A DNA stretch of 63,240 nt, the filler included, from Octopus bimaculoides (lineage: Eukaryota): NCBI RefSeq assembly GCF_001194135.2. It is 12 parts of 10 records of this genome, joined end to end, with 100 filler letters (N's around TTAATTAATTAA, not from the genome) between each part and the next. Parts side by side here need not be neighbours in the genome. Positions count along the whole stretch, not along the records: positions 60,454 to 63,240 come from NC_069006.1; 11 more parts are not named here. One strand, 5' to 3'. Both the position numbers and the translations under genes were made by a program. Below the pieces are notes generated by a model. It searched no databases and was not told the origin of the DNA. It saw only the letters and a list, made by a program, of their open reading frames with translations. Positions 60,709 to 63,240 of this stretch are shown piece after piece (the stretch's first letter is position 1; each line of letters starts with the position of its first letter).

Positions 60709-60996
60709 GCAGTCGTAAACTATGCCAATTCACTTTCCTCTGACATGTCACTATTGCTTCTAGAGATATGTGTTTGAAGGTGAGGAGTTGACTTCAAACA
60801 CTGATTACTCGGGTCTCTCCCGCTAAGAGTGGGGATTAGCGTAACGGCCATTTTAAAGCCACTTAATTTCATAAGCTACCTGTGACGTTTAAGCTTGCAT
60901 GCATCGTACTAATTCCACAAAGCTGAACATTAAACATACACACTTACAAACAACAATATGTATATGTATATATGTATCCATGTCTGTATGTGTGTA

Positions 60997-61042
<46 letters not shown>

Positions 61043-61075
61043 TATATATGCATCAGTATGTATATACATACATAG

Positions 61076-61120
<45 letters not shown>

Positions 61121-61308
61121 CATACATATATACAAATACACTTATACATGCACTGTATATATATATATGTATATGTGTACACACATGCATAAATGCATAC
61201 ATATGCATACGTACATACATACACATATATGCCCATGCAAACACAATAATACGCACACACATCTTTGGGTAAACCTGTTTTTGCATATATGCTTATACAT
61301 GCCCACTA

Positions 61309-61342
<34 letters not shown>

Positions 61343-61405
61343 CTGTGTGTATCTATGTAGCTATGTATATACTTACTGATGCATATATGTGTGCATGTGC
61401 ACGCG

Positions 61406-61437
<32 letters not shown>

Positions 61438-61817
61438 CACGAATGCATAAATATGTACGTAAGTATGTATGTAGTATGTACATGTACATATATAGAAGCT
61501 GTTGCCTGCAGGCAGACGATGCATTTGTGCATGTACACACAAGGATATTAGTTTTAACGGAATTTGGTGGAGTACAGCAGGTAGCCAGGTCTATCTGTAA
61601 ATTGCAGGCCTGGAATATAAGCCTTCTGCACTTTGACTGCCGACCAATAGACATAATACCAGACTATCAATAGAGTGTTCGATGGTTCTCATGTAGTTGA
61701 TGTCGTCGCAATTGGTATTTAACTCCAGTACAAACCTGGTTGAATAGATATATGAACAAGGATGTTTCAGCTAATCCTGAATGAAAAACTCGTCGCAGTA
61801 ACATGGCTCCGACGAAA

Positions 61818-62038
61818 TACGAGGGAGTGCTGAAAAGTTCCTAGTTTTAAGGGTATCGCGAGAGCATGTTGGGAGGCCCAACTTTCCAAGTTCTTTTTAC
61901 AGGGCTTAGAAAAACTGAAGGACCACTGCAATAAGTGTGTGAATCTGAGAGGGGAATATGTTGGATAAAATCATGATTAACTGATCCCTCTGCATCTTCT
62001 TTTACCGAAAGACAGGAACTTTTCGGCACTCCTTCGTA
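61818..62038 (+). mobile_element. Mariner-derived MITE with both TIRs and TA flanks
   Basis: tacgagggagtgctgaaaagttcct ... aggaacttttcggcactccttcgta; the interior reads LQGLEKLKDHCNKCVNLRGEYV (transposase C-terminus). Confidence 0.9.
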
Positions 62039-63199
62039 TAGTTCCATACAGCAGCAGAAACGATTATAGTGACTGAGGACTGATTTTGATATTTTCAATT
62101 TGATATTGAAATTTCTGAGTTCAAATTCCGCAGAGTTCGACTTTGCCTTTAAATACCAGTTGAAAACAGGAATCGATGAAGTCGACTTGTCACTCTCCAC
62201 CCGAACTTATTCGTCTTGTACTAAAATTTCAAACCAAAATTTCATTTAGATTTCAGAGTTGTCGTTCTTGATTCTCTTGACAAGACCGTATCATTAAATC
62301 GAATGCATACCTACATGTATCTTCAATTAGAGAGTAATTCTAATAAATTAAGTATTTAACCTCAGCATTACTATCATGCTATTGCCTCGTTTCCATGTGT
62401 TCATGTTATCATTTTATTTATTTCCTTTCATTTTTTTTATTTTTATTCTTCTCTATTTTTTAGCAGTAACTTCACTCTCGCTGACGTCATCACCTCCTCG
62501 CTTTCACTTCGCGCTCCGAGAGACGTTATCTCCGATTAAAAACACTACAAAACATGTCTTACACTCAGAAACCTTATCAGACATCGTACTCAATTTTACG
62601 ACATTCTTTTATTACATTCTTTATTTCATTTCATTTTCGTTATATACACGTATATATATATATATATATATATATATCTGTTTGTGGTTTTTCTTCTGTT
62701 TTATTCATATATATGCTTACGGTTTTATACATATATATATTCTTGTTTATACATCTGTTTTCTGTATTTTGTTTTGGTCTTTATTTAATTGATTATTTGT
62801 CTATTCGGCATTGTTATCTCAGACGAGATGCCACTTGGAAAGAGCAATTTATGATCCCACTGTGCAGTCACATGAACCGACACATATACACACGTATATG
62901 TATGTATGTGTTTATACATATATAATGTACGTATGTATATATATATATAAATATGCATATATGTATGCGTATCTGCGTGTGTGTACGCACATTCGCACAC
63001 ACACACACACACATATGCACGGGCACATATACATTGTCATGCTTCCCATGTCGACATGTTCAGTGGGAATTAACATGAAGCTCTCTTACTCGTAGCAACA
63101 TAAAGAAATAGGAAATAGATCGTGATATCTGTCTATGAATGTCATCTTACCCCACCTACCTCTCTATGTACTTATATGCACAGGTATATGTATATACAT

Positions 63200-63240
<41 letters not shown>

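Noticed and set aside
61500-61770. Exon-like segments on both strands
   Set aside because: Plausible splice sites exist on either strand with no discriminating evidence.

Overview
This is AT-rich, microsatellite-dense, gapped eukaryotic (animal) draft-genome sequence. It is most likely an octopus or other coleoid cephalopod, inferred from the SINE/LINE families and not confirmed by any search. Genes: (1) the last seven coding exons of a + strand SLC4 Na+-coupled bicarbonate transporter (11314-26516), with a probable GC-AG last intron and a C-terminal PDZ-type ligand (-ESKM); (2) an intronless ~460-490 aa ORF (7736/7829-9220, +) built from two tandem ~97-aa repeats resembling the GARIN/FAM71 (DUF3699) PH-like domain; (3) a hypothetical - strand multi-exon gene (about 27945-35136) convergent with SLC4. 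The rest is mostly tRNA-derived SINEs of several families, RTE-type LINE remnants, Tc1/mariner remnants and MITEs, Penelope and Helitron fragments, and simple repeats. The most striking unexplained structures are the tandem GARIN-like gene, an old inverted duplication (33914-34881) with a perfect 30-nt core on a putative exon end (ADAR editing-complementary-sequence-like), a SINE fold-back hairpin 180 nt downstream of the GC donor, and a CpG-decay footprint matching the SLC4 gene body. Eleven N-flanked TTAATTAATTAA spacers mark contig joins, so adjacency across them is uncertain. Most long ORFs in the supplied track are microsatellite or N-gap artefacts.
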